From contig NC_068983.1 of the NCBI RefSeq assembly GCF_001194135.2, positions 82,671,506-82,714,745 on the forward strand: a stretch of 43,240 nt of DNA, read 5' to 3'. The notes beneath the pieces were generated by a model, which did not search any database, was not told the origin of the DNA, and worked only from the letters and a program-made list of their open reading frames with translations. The DNA comes from Octopus bimaculoides (Eukaryota). The position numbers were made by a program, and so were the translations under genes. Shown here piece by piece: positions 21,817 to 34,590 of this stretch. Each line of letters begins with the position of its first letter. Within the stretch, counting starts at the first letter, position 1.

Positions 21817-23627
21817 ATGTTAGAAGAACTCAAGAAGCTTATGCCATACAATGACGATGAAGAAGAGAGGAGAATGACCAATGAATCAGAAAGCCAGATA
21901 GTGACTTACATTATACAACCAGCAGACAGAGATGCCACAGATGAAGCCTCAGGCAACGATCTGGTTGAAATGAGAAATCCACCAGGAAACAACCTACTAA
22001 GTGAAGCTTTTTTACTGCTGAAGAATCTAATCTAGTATGAAACAAGTAGACAATGATTCACAACAGCCTACAGAACAAGATGATAATTTTCAGCAGACGA
22101 ATACTCCCACATCTGTGACAAATGAGTGTAAGCGTAAAAAGACCAGGCACTGGAATGTAGAGGATATGCCCTCAAAAGAGGAAGTCATAAGTTACTCCTG
22201 CAGGCCTTCTCTTGTTGATATACCATGCCAATCTCATGAAATGTTTGAGCTCTTCTTAGACTATACTGTCATAGAAGAAATTACCAAATATAATGTTTTG
22301 TTTGTAGCTTAAAAAGCAAATCATACATTCCAATTGTCAAACAGCGAGATGAAGGTTTTTACAGGTATTTTGTTGCTCTCGGGATATAACATGCTACCTC
22401 GCCGTCGTTTATACTGGGAAACTGAATCTGGTGTTCGAAATGAGCTTGTAGCCAGTTCAATGCGAAGAAACAAATTTGAGGAGATAATGAAATACTTTCA
22501 TGCAGCAGATAACAATGAACTCGACAGCAAGGACAGGTTTGTAGAAGTACGCCCATTTTGGACTTTCTAAATGAAAGCTTTATACAGTTTGGCTCAGTTT
22601 TTGTTCCAACAAATGCCTCTATTGATGAATACATGATACCATATTATGATGGCCATCTTACAAAGTTATTTATTCGAGGAAAACCGATTCGATGGGGTTA
22701 CAAAGGATGGGTAGCAGCTAGTCCATTAGATTACTCACACTGGATTGATTTATATCAAGGAAAATGTGAAATGGCAAAAAGCAGCTGTTACAAAGACACA
22801 TACGGCCTAAGAGGAGAAGTAGTGTTTAACATGATTGATAAGTGTGAATCTCAATATACAAAAAAGAAATTTTCCTTCTTTGATAACATTTTCTCATCGT
22901 TCAACCTTCTAGAAGAGATACAGCCACTAGCACGATTCATAGAAATGGATCTAAAAAGTGTCCTCTAACCAAAGTCAAGCAGTTTGAAAAATGTCTACGA
23001 GAGACTGAGGAGCACTTTCTTGAAAAAGATTCATTCTGGCATTTTAGTGGCAATTTGGAATGATAATGGTGTCATTATCGTTGAGTCTAATCAGTTTGGT
23101 GTGCATCCTATAAAGCAAATTCAGCTATGGTCAGTTGCAGAACGTAAACAAGTTTTGATACTAATGCCATCAGTAATTGGAAAATATAACTCAAGCATGG
23201 GAGGTGTTGGCAGGCTAGACCATAACATATCTTTGTACCGCATTGCCATTCGAGGGGGAAAATAGTATTTCCCGTTTGTGTCCTTCCTATTGAACGTATG
23301 CATGAATAATGCATGGTTTTTTGCCAGAGTAGGGGGTTACAAAGAAGATCTGCTAGCATTTACAAATGGTACTGTCAAACTGTACTGTACCTTTTGAAGT
23401 ATGGAACGTCATCCAGGAATCCAAGAAGACCAAAATAGCGTGCTGCATCTAGAGCAAGTATCAATATATAAAAACATGGCAACATAGGTCATGCTATATC
23501 AAAGAGTGAGCCAGAAAACAGTCGAAGATGTAGGCAATGCAAGAGTCAAACTGTGTACATGTGCAGGCTATGCAAACTTCCTATGCATGCCAAGTGTACT
23601 TCTGATTATCACAGAATCCAGTCTTAG
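21817..23627 (+). pseudogene. piggyBac (PGBD3-like) transposase, frameshifted with stops
   Basis: EMKVFTGILLLSGY..LPRRRLYW, MRRNKFEEIMKYFH, SIDE (D 22624), IRGKPIRWGYKGW, FFDN (D 22882), YNSSMGGVGRLD (third catalytic D changed to G at 23209), and C-terminal Cys-rich RCRQC..MCRLC..MHAKC ending TAG at 23625-27. Confidence 0.92.
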
Positions 23628-24585
23628 TGAGTGAAGTTTTGGGAAGAAGTACCGCAAATTATTTTGTATTACGTAATAACAGAAAAAAGTTGTCAGCCTT
23701 TTACGTAATAACAGAAAAGAAAAAGGTTAGATTTGGACAGAATGTGTATTTTGTTTTGTGATGATGTATCATGCTGGGTTACGATAGAAAATTATAGTTT
23801 CAAAGTAAAATCTTCATAAAGGTTTCAATCATTTTTATATTCTTCTTTTTTTTCGTTTAGTTTAATTTTCATTATTTCAAATACTCAGTCACTCTTATCT
23901 AATCTCAATGTTTACTTTAATTTACATCAATTCAACTATTTTTCATAAAAATAGAAAGAATGTAAAATGCTTCAATTTTATTTGAATTCGTAAACATAGT
24001 TTCGATGTTGTGAGGTTCTTTGTATAATACATTATGTGACATGTGGCCCACCGTTACGCTGACGAAACATGTAGTGGGGCTGGTGTATCATTGTTGCGTC
24101 AATGCAGCACACATAAATTTGTAATAATTTCTTACTTGTTGAATGAATTAGTAAAAACTCAAGACGTGTTTATTATTAGACAAATCTACCATATATGTAA
24201 AATTTTACCGATTCCTAAGACTTCATATTTTGGAGGGGCATACATGGGTTAAATATGTTAGTACAGCAGGCATCGATTTCAAAGAACTATATTAACTTTT
24301 TAGAAACTCAGTGCAACTAAATGAAGTGTTCAAAGGTTTTTTTTTACTATACTAGATTTCACATCTACATCTCCACTTCTCATACATACATACATACATA
24401 CATACATACATACATACATACATACGTAGTTACATACATACGTAGATACATGCACGCGTGCGTGCGTGCGTACATGCATGCGTATGTATTTATGTATACT
24501 TATAATTGTTTACGACAATTATATTCATTAATGAAAACATGTTTAAATATATCATTCCGAAACACTGCTGCCAAGGATTCACAAA

Positions 24586-24617
<32 letters not shown>

Positions 24618-25430
24618 ACACATGTTTATACATGTATATATATATAGCACACGTACAAATATATGCACAGTTGTGTGTGGTTGTGCGTGTGCTTCAGTAT
24701 AGTAGTTAGTGTTTCGATCCGTCGATCGAAACATTAACTACTGTAAACGGCAAAGTCATGTTTAACATCTCATCTTTTTGCATACACAGGATGACATTCG
24801 TGAATATCTCTTTCACTAATTTTTAAATCATCATAACTTATATATTAGTGAAATATGAAAGAGAGAGAGAGATGAAAAAATAATTGCATAATAGCGTTTA
24901 AATATTCATAAGAAAGTTTGAAATACATAGTGAATTAACTTTAAGATATTTAATAACGATTAAACATTTATAAGAAAAATGAAACACTTTCATTTGTTCT
25001 TCTTGATATACATGGTCATATTCTCTCCATTTCTTTAAAACTATACTTGGTTTAAAAATATTGCCCTCACAAGGATTGTTAGACTTTCGAATGGAAATAT
25101 TAGATAAACAAATCTATGTTTAAAGAAGAAAGCAAAGACAATGCGAGGATACGACCGAACAGAATGGAAGCAATACGGTCAGAGTTGTAGGTCTTCAGGA
25201 AAGATGATGTCCAAAATGAAGAATAACAGCATATGACTGTATTGAGGTTTCAGATTGATCGAAAAGGTTGTTTAAAGTTTTGCTAACATGAAGAAATACT
25301 TACAATATATATATATTATACCCGCACACATACACACCTACACACACACACACACAACTACACACAAACACACACATATACGTTGACCTTTGTCTCTAAA
25401 TCTGTGTGACTGTCTCTGTCTGTCTCTCTC

Positions 25431-25507
<77 letters not shown>

Positions 25508-25583
25508 NNNNNNNNNNNNNNNNNNNNNNNNNNNNNNNNNNNNNNNNNNNNNNNNNNNNNNNNNNNNNNNNNNNNNNNNNNNN

Positions 25584-25624
<41 letters not shown>

Positions 25625-26928
25625 ATGAGTCTGTACAGCTGTTATCAATATGCCATACGTATTAACAACAACATATTAGATTTTATAGCAAGTTCAGTGT
25701 AATTACTATTATTATTATTACAACTATTGTACAACATTTACCATGTACTACAGCTATTAGCAACTTGGTAAATACAACTACAGTTACCAGACTGCTGTCG
25801 CTATTAACAACCTTCAGAAAAAAAATCTAAGCAACATATGGTTCTTTCTATCAATAAAATATTTTTTATATTACTTTTGTGTTGTTTTCTCATATTCATT
25901 CATTCTAATGCATTTTTCGTTGCATCAATTTGGCATTTCTTTCCCATAATTCAATCTTTGCATTGTTTTTTTTTCTGCTCTGCATCATCTAATTTACTAC
26001 CAACCTTAACCTTTTCCTAATATGTTTCACATAGATATTTCCACTAATTAAGATTGCTTTTGTATATAACATAATTTCTTTGACGATGTGCACAAGACAA
26101 TAATTATTGCAGAATGAAGCAAGATGTGGAAAGAACACAAAAAGAAGAAAAGAGAAATTAAAGAAAACAAACCAGCAATAAGGAAAGTGAGAAAGACCGA
26201 AAGAAAGCAGAGCGGAGCAGAGAAGAAGAGGGAACTATGAGAAATAGACCGACAGACAGACAGGCAAGCAGACAGAAGACTAAAAGAAAGACGGTAGAAA
26301 TAAAGACTAAAACAGAAAATTAACAAAATGACAAAATAAATGCCAACTCTAGTTGGAATGAAAGAACGATACAAATAGGAGAGAGAAAAAAAAAAGAAAG
26401 AAACAGATGAAAGAAATGAATGGAAGCAAGCGAATAAAAATCATAAATAAACAAAAAATGAAAGAAAGAATGAAATGATGAAAAATCAGAAAGAATTATC
26501 TGGAAAAGTAGACAGTTTTCGTTCCTAAATTAATTTATGTAATGAAGACACATCTAGCATGTTCTTTATGTCAGAATCAGTTAGAAGTAGATACTTATGT
26601 ATAATGATTCCTTTTACTGATTCCCCTTATAGATTGCTGCACTGCTTAAACATTAGCTCTAATATAATTTCTTATCTGTTTTATTTATTTATTTTTTTTG
26701 TCTTAGTTTTTCTTTCTTGCTATTGTATGTTTGATTTTTACGTATATGACGGTATGGTGGCGGGGAGAGGAGGAGGAGGAAATTGGGTGCACCTACAAAT
26801 ATGCATATTCGCATGAATTGTTGCAGCAGATTTATTCATTCTCAGGTGAGATGACTTTGTTCTTGGCACTAGAAACCACCATTGGGACTCTGCCACTGAT
26901 TTAGTTCTATATCTCTCTCATGCTCGTT

Positions 26929-26961
<33 letters not shown>

Positions 26962-27050
26962 GCTTTTTCTGTTCTTTTCTCAATATACATAACATATATA
27001 AATATATTTGTATGTAAGTCTGCATATATATATGTATTATGTATACATAC

Positions 27051-27090
<40 letters not shown>

Positions 27091-27409
27091 GTATGTATAT
27101 AAATATACATATATTGTGTGTATTTTTATATATACAGAAAGTGGAGGAGAGAAAGCGCTATACAGGCACACATACACGCACTCACGCGCACACACACACA
27201 TATACCTAAGTATTCTTTAAATATGCGCCCGTTCTATCTTTTTGTCCCTTTCTCTTTCTGTCATCTCTTGCTTCCCTCTCGCTCACACACTCGCCCCCCC
27301 TCTCTCTCTCCCTCTTTGGGCTCATTTATTCTGCAAGTCGGTGTGAAATATAAAAACAGATGTTAACATAGCACCAAATACTACAAATATTCATTGTTGA
27401 TGTTGTGAG

Positions 27410-27850
27410 GTGGACAGATGGAAGGATTCAACCCCAGCCTTTTCTCATTCAATGAAAAGAACAAAGCAATTAGTTGATATGTAAAGATATCGTGATAGGG
27501 ATGCAATAGTTGGTGCCAGGACAACACATAATCTCAGCTTTAAACTTGAACATACTGGGATCACTCCAAGTACTCAATACGCAACAACCTATTTTCAATG
27601 AACTAGAAAGAGATGATTCAAGAAATCAGATCAGTTATTCCTCGTTATCCCAACTGCATAAATCATTCTAAGCAGCAGGAAGGCCTGTATGTGGTTCTTA
27701 TTGCCGGATAGAAATAGCTAAACAACGCCACTCAAATCACATTGTAACGTGTTAAATAAATGCGAATGACACATTGTGCAAGGTATTAGATGTTACACAA
27801 AAAGACGATATGGCCATGGTTGGGAAGCCGTTATAGTTTTGTTTTGCAAG
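27410..27850 (+). repeat. Longest, old copy of dispersed repeat family X (SINE-like)
   Basis: The 3' half (GAAATAGC...CTCAAATCAC...AAAAGACG.ATGGCCATGG.TGG) reverse-matches 30160-30230 and 33330-33450 loosely. The 5' extent is from recall of an octopus repeat. Confidence 0.4.
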
Positions 27851-29973
27851 GAGAAAGACGCAGAGCCCATGGCACTTACATTGAGTGAGATTGATGTTAT
27901 TAATGTTCACCTTTAACAATGTGGTTTATGCCTTGAAGATGTTTCTTGAACATTGTTTCATCAAGTTTTACTTAGTTCGAAGCAACAGTATAAACACATT
28001 ATGTAGCAATGATGGCATTAACAACACCATAAAATATATTTCACTTAGGTATTGTAATATTATACTGTAATTACCCATTCTCTGTTGTGGAGGTATTGAT
28101 AGATTTCATGCAAGATGCTAAGGTATATTTCTAATATTTTATTTCGAAAAATGATCTCAGTGACTGATCGGTGATCGGAAGAAGAAAGTTCTTTTCAAAC
28201 AAGAGATCCAACCCGAATGTTTTCAATCGAATTGACTCTCTTAAAGGTAACCAAGGGTTAGGTAGTCGCACTAAATAAGTCGATGAGCTCAGTCTACCAA
28301 CCCATAACAACGATATCTCTATCCGGCTTCCACAAAACTTCTGGGTCCCAGATATCACTCACATCTAAACATATCATTCAAACATTTAATTACATATACA
28401 CACAAACGTACACGTTTATGCATATGCGCATACAAGAATTAACTAAACTCCAGTTAAGCAGGTAATGATTTGATGAAAATGCAGAGAAAAATATAAAAGA
28501 CAATGTAGCGACTGATAGAAAAATGAGTTAGATATATACCACCACTGCCACCAAAACTACCACCAATAACAACAGTCCCCTCTCCTCCTCATCATCATGA
28601 AAAGAAGTGTTTTACCATAAGCAGTATGTTACCACACTGTCTTTATCATTATCATCACTGATATCACACTCACAACTATTAACACCACCGCTATACCTAC
28701 CGCCATCGAAACTACCACCTTCTCCGCCGATGACTACGTCACTGCCATTATTAATTTAGGTGTTACTATTACTAGTAGCCGTCTTACCATAAGCACTACC
28801 ACCCCAACAGCAACGATCCCAACACAACCATCATAACCACCACAATTACTATCACCGGTGGCGTGTCTACCACCACAACCACCATCAGCACTACTGCCAC
28901 TACAACCGCTATTAAGAGAGAAAAATGTTAACAAAACAGCAGTCACCCAGAAATATTGTCTCGCCTCATATAAAGAGGTGACGTAAAAATCTTCATAACA
29001 TAGATCACAATATCCGCGCAGTAAAGAAATAAATTGAAAATAAATATATATATAAAAAATCATAAATTAACGAAAATCTAAATGAAAAAATATAAATAAA
29101 AAATAAAAATGAAAGATACGATAAATAGATGTTGTAAGATGTTGGTATGTTTGATGAGATAATAGAGAGAAATATCATGAATTTAGCGCTATAATGCTGG
29201 AAGCTAAATGGACAGGATCAAGATTGACTGTTAAACTCATTACAGACACATTAAAACAAGAAGGAATATATACCTTAAAGACAATGAATGATAAGCAGTG
29301 TAGTAAAATAAGAAAGAACAGATAAAGACAAAAACAGAATTAATTTTTTTTAAAATTAAATACCTAACAAAAAATCACAAATACAAACATGTATATATTC
29401 AAAGACTTTTAGAAAATGCCTTAACTTCATGAACTGTGGGCTGGTTTTAACGTTATAGTTTTCCTCAAAAGAAATGTTTAAATTCTTTTCAAATTTCACA
29501 TACACATATCTACACATATTCTTACATACAGACGTACATCCAAGCATATACATACATGTATATATCTGTAAGCGTGTGTGTATGTGCACGCATAAATATA
29601 TATATATGCATATATATATATATATATATATATGNNNNNNNNNNNNNNNNNNNNNNNNNNNNNNNNNNNNNNNNNNNNNNNNNNNNNNNNNNNNNNNNNN
29701 NNNNNNNNNNNNNNNNNNNNNNNNNNNNNNNNNNNNNNNNNNNNNNNNNNNNNNNNNNNNNNNNNNNNNNNNNNNNNNNNNNNNNNNNNNNNNNNNNNNN
29801 NNNNNNGTGTATGCCTGTTCTTTAGCTATACTCAACAGACAGATAGATAACTTTAAAAAAATTAATTTAGCTGACTGCAGTTTAACAAGAAAAAGCTCAT
29901 AACTAGAAAATTAAATTTAGATTATATATGGTTACTCATATATTTCGCTGTTGTTATTGTTCTTTTTCTTTTT

Positions 29974-30037
<64 letters not shown>

Positions 30038-30046
30038 AAGTAGTAG
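29974..30046. repeat. (TAG)n microsatellite
   Basis: Seen directly. Confidence 0.97.
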
Positions 30047-30094
30047 CTTATATCCACGTTGATATTTATGAGAGCTTCTTCGGCTGCTGCTAAT

Positions 30095-30230
30095 GTTGTT
30101 TAGATGCTATTGTTTCCTTGGTTATATAACTCGTAAAGAGCTGGCGTATGATAAAATATGTTTTAGTCGTGACCATCCAGCCTCTTTAGGAGTAAATATG
30201 ACTACAATATCTAACATGCGATGCTTGGAA
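30095..30230 (-). repeat. Fragment of family X
   Basis: GTCGTGACCATCC...GACTACAATATC resembles GCTGTGACCATAC...TCTAGGACCA at 33330-33375. Confidence 0.35.
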
Positions 30231-30939
30231 TCTAACATCTGTGGGTTGATTCTTTATGTGGAAAAAAAAAATAAGAAATAAAAATCTCTCACAGCGGGAT
30301 GGTCTTTACCAAAGCGTTACAATCCCTTCTTATCGTATACTTCATTGTATATCCGAACTTCACTGTATAATCTTTACCAAACTAAATAGTCACCAGTTTT
30401 CTCGGACTCTACCATGATTCGAGGTTATGATTTGAGAGATGTTTATTTTTGGAGGGGATCCTGCATATTAGGGTTTCTCAAGAAACAGCAGGAGGGGGTG
30501 AGGTATGGTAATTTGGTGGGTTGTAAGTTACTTCAGAATGAATCATAAGTAAGTAATAAAACTGGCAGTAAAGTTTTGATCGAAACTTCTTTTGACTATA
30601 TATATACACAGACATGTCCCGCGTAACGGGTACCTCAGCTTACGGTATTACACCCTCCCTTATAACATTTGTAAAGTATGCCCACTAATTTTGGGAAAAA
30701 GGTCTGTAATTTCAGTTTGACGGAAACTCAGATAAGTTTAACAATAAAAAAAAACAACAAAACTTTGTTTTTTTGACAAAAATCCATTTATTGATGCTTT
30801 TGCTAATATCAAATTATAGTTAACAATTTGAAAAAGTATAATTAGAATATATATGTATGTATATGTATATATATAAATATATATAATCATAAATATACAG
30901 GGATTAGGAACAGCTAATCCCTGTATATTTATGATGATA

Positions 30940-31325
30940 AATGGTTTTACCGATAAAGGTTTTTTCATACTGAACTACTTGGCAAAATTGTTAATTATTA
31001 ATTCTATTATTAATTGACGATTCCCTGCCCTTATTCTTGTATATTTTATAAATATATATATGTATATATATATATATATATATCTCATAATACAAATAAT
31101 GTGTGAGTATATGCATATATACGTACATGTATGTACATACCGATATCTACATGTATATATAGATGCATATCTGGGTACAGGACGTCACAAAAAACGTGGA
31201 CAAAATGAAAAACAGAACATAAACAAGGCACGGAAAAAAAAACTTTTTTCGGACAACGGTAGGACCACACAGGAAAGCAGACAGACCACATAGAGAACAT
31301 TTCCTTCATCAGCTGCTCCTATTCT
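30940..31325 (-). repeat. Solo pseudo-LTR-like repeat (second PLE-type family) starting with CTGATGA
   Basis: Shares 21/25 nt (31164-88 vs 181-205) and the CCTTCATCAG motif with 140-300. A 17-nt exact match (ATAGGAGCAGCTGATGA) lies at 12630-12646. Confidence 0.55.
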
Positions 31326-31329
31326 AAAC

Positions 31330-31366
<37 letters not shown>

Positions 31367-31842
31367 NNNNNNNNNNNNNNNNNNNNNNNNNNNNNNNNNN
31401 NNNNNNNNNNNNNNNNNNNNNNNNNNNNNNNNNNNNNNNNNNNNNNNNNNNNNNNNNNNNNNNNNNNNNNNNNNNNNNNNNNNNNNNNNNNNNNNNNNNN
31501 NNNNNNNNNNNNNNNNNNNNNNNNNNNNNNNNNNNNNNNNNNNNNNNNNNNNNNNNNNNNNNNNNNNNNNNNNNNNNNNNNNNNNNNNNNNNNNNNNNNN
31601 NNNNNNNNNNNNNNNNNNNNNNNNNNNNNNNNNNNNNNNNNNNNNNNNNNNNNNNNNNNNNNNNNNNNNNNNNNNNNNNNNNNNNNNNNNNNNNNNNNNN
31701 NNNNNNNNNNNNNNNNNNNNNNNNNNNNNNNNNNNNNNNNNNNNNNNNNNNNNNNNNNNNNNNNNNNNNNNNNNNNNNNNNNNNNNNNNNNNNNNNNNNN
31801 NNNNNNNNNNNNNNNNNNNNNNNNNNNNNNNNNNNNNNNNNN

Positions 31843-31887
<45 letters not shown>

Positions 31888-32029
31888 GTGATAAATTTTT
31901 ATAGCTGAAGCTATTAGTTATAAGGAGAGAAGTGCTTATCAACATGGTGTTCTTTCAACTAATTGTTAACATACAGTCCTTCCTTCTTTTAAAGCTTTTA
32001 CCGTTTATAGAGTGAACAATACGCAGCAA

Positions 32030-33207
32030 TAGAAAAAGAAATTAAGTCAAGACATCAAGAAGCTACACTGTTAACTGTTCGGACCTTATTTTTTCATAGT
32101 CTAATGCAATGTTTAAAATAGAACGACTGTAGAATGTATTGATCAAGGATCAGATTCACAATAATGTGTCAATAAGCAGTGTTAATTAAAAAATGCCAAA
32201 AGTTTTTATGGGAATTTGCAGAAAAAAGTACATGAAACTTCTTGTGAAAAACGTTTACTGGCAGTAAAGGCTGATTTGAATATTTTTATTGACTTGTTGT
32301 TACGTGAAATAATTGCTGAGAATGAAATTGCATAATTTAGCTCAAACATCGATTTGAGAGTCCAATTTTACGCGTGGCCACTTTTATTAAAAATGGTGGT
32401 TGCCAACTTTTAAATGGAACATACAATTAATCAGAGTCAATTTATGTAATAAAACAAGAGAATTGAATTGTAGATGACCGTCATTGAGTTAAAAAATGAC
32501 GCAGTGAAGAGGTGTTTTGAAAATTAAGACTTGTGTAAAAGTATAGTTGCACTGAAATATGAAATTTCTCTTAGTAAAAAATAAATCTAAGAAATTTCTA
32601 TTGCTTATACATCATTCTATTTAGCGGAGAAAAGATTGTGTGCGGTTATCCAAAAGTGAACCAAAAATAGAAAGTTAATATAACCAGTGCACTGATTGTC
32701 ATTAGAAACAGGGATCACATTAATAAGTAATGCCTGCTATCTTAATTATTCACATTTTAATCATGTTGATAAACAATAATTACTAGATTAATTATTCTTA
32801 TTCTAATCAAATTAAGAAACAGTGTACCTTTAGAAGTAAAATACTAAATCTGTTTAGTACATTTAAATTTAATTACTGCTACTTGTATGTTATTACTTTT
32901 ATTATTGAATTAGGGGTATGGCAGTGAGTCGGCAGAATCGTTAGCAGGCCGGACAAATGCTCAGAGGCATCTCTTCCTACTCTTTCCATTCTGAGTTCGA
33001 ATTTTGTTGTCTTCTTTTCTTTCCAGCTCGATGAAATAGAACCCAGTTGAAAACTGGGGTTGACGTAATCAACTTACATTTCCCTTTAAGTTGCTGGCCA
33101 TGTGCCAAAATTTGAAACCGTTACTTACATAGGGATAATAGTTCGAGGTGATAATAATTATTCAAATGTTTTAGGTAGCCATTTAGCAAAAAGGTTGGGC
33201 AACACTG
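32030..33207 (+). mobile_element. Decayed hAT (Charlie/ZBED8-SCAND3-like) transposon: C-terminal transposase remnant + right TIR
   Basis: VIELKNDAVKRCFEN (about 32480), IAYTSFYLAEKRL (about 32600), RLSKSEPKIE, QGSH-stop (32709-23). The right end reverse-complements to CAGTGTTGCCCAACCTTTTT (33207-33188), a Charlie-type TIR. Left end not found. Confidence 0.65.
32919..33118 (+). mobile_element. SINE family A, old copy nested in the hAT element
   Basis: GGCAGTGAGTCGGCAGAATCGTTAGCAGGCCGG ... CTGAGTTCGAATT ... ACTGGGGTTGACGTAATC aligns to 16498-16711. Confidence 0.8.
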
Positions 33208-33289
33208 AACTAAGTCATGTTGGCAACTGACAGCTAAGTGCTTTGGACAAGGAAACAGTGTAGTGTTGTTGATAACTGTGGTTGTTGAT

Positions 33290-33450
33290 ATTAATGTTGT
33301 TTAACCACCGTGTTAACTATGATTCAGTAGCTGTGACCATACTTGTTTTATTCAGATTTAATGTATCTAGGACCAGACCGCCTAAAGTGTTTTGTTTTTC
33401 AAAATGGTAAGATATAATTCAAGAGAAATATGATTAATGCTTTTAGCAGC
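33290..33450 (-). repeat. Fragment of family X
   Basis: Loose similarity to 30095-30230 and to the reverse complement of 27700-27830. Confidence 0.35.
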
Positions 33451-33719
33451 GCAATGGGTCCTCTCTTGTTATGTCTCATACCCTATCAACTCAGTTATAT
33501 GCTGAGTTGATATGGGACATGGTAAAATGGCATTTTGCATGCTAAATCCAATAAGTAGAAGCAAAAGCATTTCAAGATACTTACGGGAAAAATGGGAAAA
33601 TTGTCAGCATATATAAAAAGTTTTCAGCGTTTATAATTCTTACACAGTCTATTAGAATACAATCTCAATAAATATATTACATTGCAGGGTTTTAGTTTAA
33701 ACCACTAGAATAGGTTCTG

Positions 33720-34590
33720 TTCGCTGTATCTCCACGATTGAGAGACTCTTGAGCCATTCGTCTTTCCAGTTCCCGATATCCATCTTGCACTTCACCACCT
33801 GCCGATCCCGTACAAACCATCATGTTCACTCCTTTCCCCTCAAAACATTGGCCGTTTGTTACCTTCTCTCAGCTTATATCTTGTCTGCAGTTGTCAACCT
33901 GCAAAATTGTAGATAGAACATTAACAGCATCAAGCCTGCAAAGAGCTTGGGCACTGACAATTCTGCTAAACATTACTATTGAAACAAAGTATGGAGTACA
34001 TGCGTTTACACGACTGGTTAATTTTTGACCATTTTTTCGACAATGTAATTCTCATGGCACTGTTGGTGTATGATACAGTAGATGAAAGTTTTCGGTTTAC
34101 AATTCATGTTTTCATTCACTTTCAGTTCCTTCCAATTCTTAAATCTTTTGTTTGTTCCTTGTTCAATTATTAGATATATCCAATAAATAGGCTCTCCTCA
34201 GTTCGTTACTTGTACTATATCTTTCTCCGAGGTGAATCTCGCCTTTCTTCTAAGTCTCTCGAGATGTGGTGGTTGACTCCGGCTGTTCATGATTTATGAT
34301 AGTTTAAAATTATTTATTAGAGATTGGTCGACTGATCTAGAATTGGAAGATATCGTTTGGCTGAATGTAGGATGCTGTGACTCCTAGGATTATGGGTGAC
34401 TCCTAGAATTATGGGTGACTACAAATGGAATATTATATTTACTTTGTCGTTTTTGCTGCTAACATGAGTGTTTCTCCGTAAGGTAGAGATCAGGATTTTT
34501 TTTCTGCTTTGGTTTTGGCATTATTTATTAACGTTTTGGGTGGGTATTCGTGTTTTTGAAGAAGCATATTTAGTTCTACCAGTCATTTCT
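33720..34590 (-). mobile_element. Decayed Neptune-type PLE fragment (thumb/linker + GIY-YIG)
   Basis: Minus strand KVNENMNCKPKTFIYCIIHQQCHENYIVE parallels TVKNNFTCASENLIYVLTCSGCREQYIGQ at 19470-19555. Upstream pieces read HEYPPK..IN, IPFVVTHN, KRYLPILDQS. A 19-bp tandem duplication lies at 34377-34420. Confidence 0.7.

Larger units (their letters stand above)
21097..24252 (+). mobile_element. Decayed piggyBac DNA transposon (right end clear, left end approximate)
   Basis: The right end GGGGCATACATGGG is followed by TTAA (24249-52). Candidate left ends are TTGA-CCCATG (21097) or CCCATATTTTACCCCT (21124). CGCAACG-type motifs at about 21151, 21502 and 21541 have inverted counterparts at about 24045-24080. 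Confidence 0.8.

Noticed and set aside
23669-23718. 18-bp direct repeat TTACGTAATAACAGAAAA as a TSD
   Set aside because: Only about 14 nt lie between the copies, so it is a local slippage duplication inside the piggyBac 3' region.
29159-29325. 55-codon open frame DNREKYHEFSAIMLEAKWTGSRLTVKL..
   Set aside because: No clear splice signals and no known motif; the length is within chance expectation.
33715-33760. Hammerhead at the 3' end of the minus-strand Neptune fragment (CTCAAGA-GTCTC..GAGAT..GAAC)
   Set aside because: Both core segments are mutated. It may be a relic but cannot be supported.
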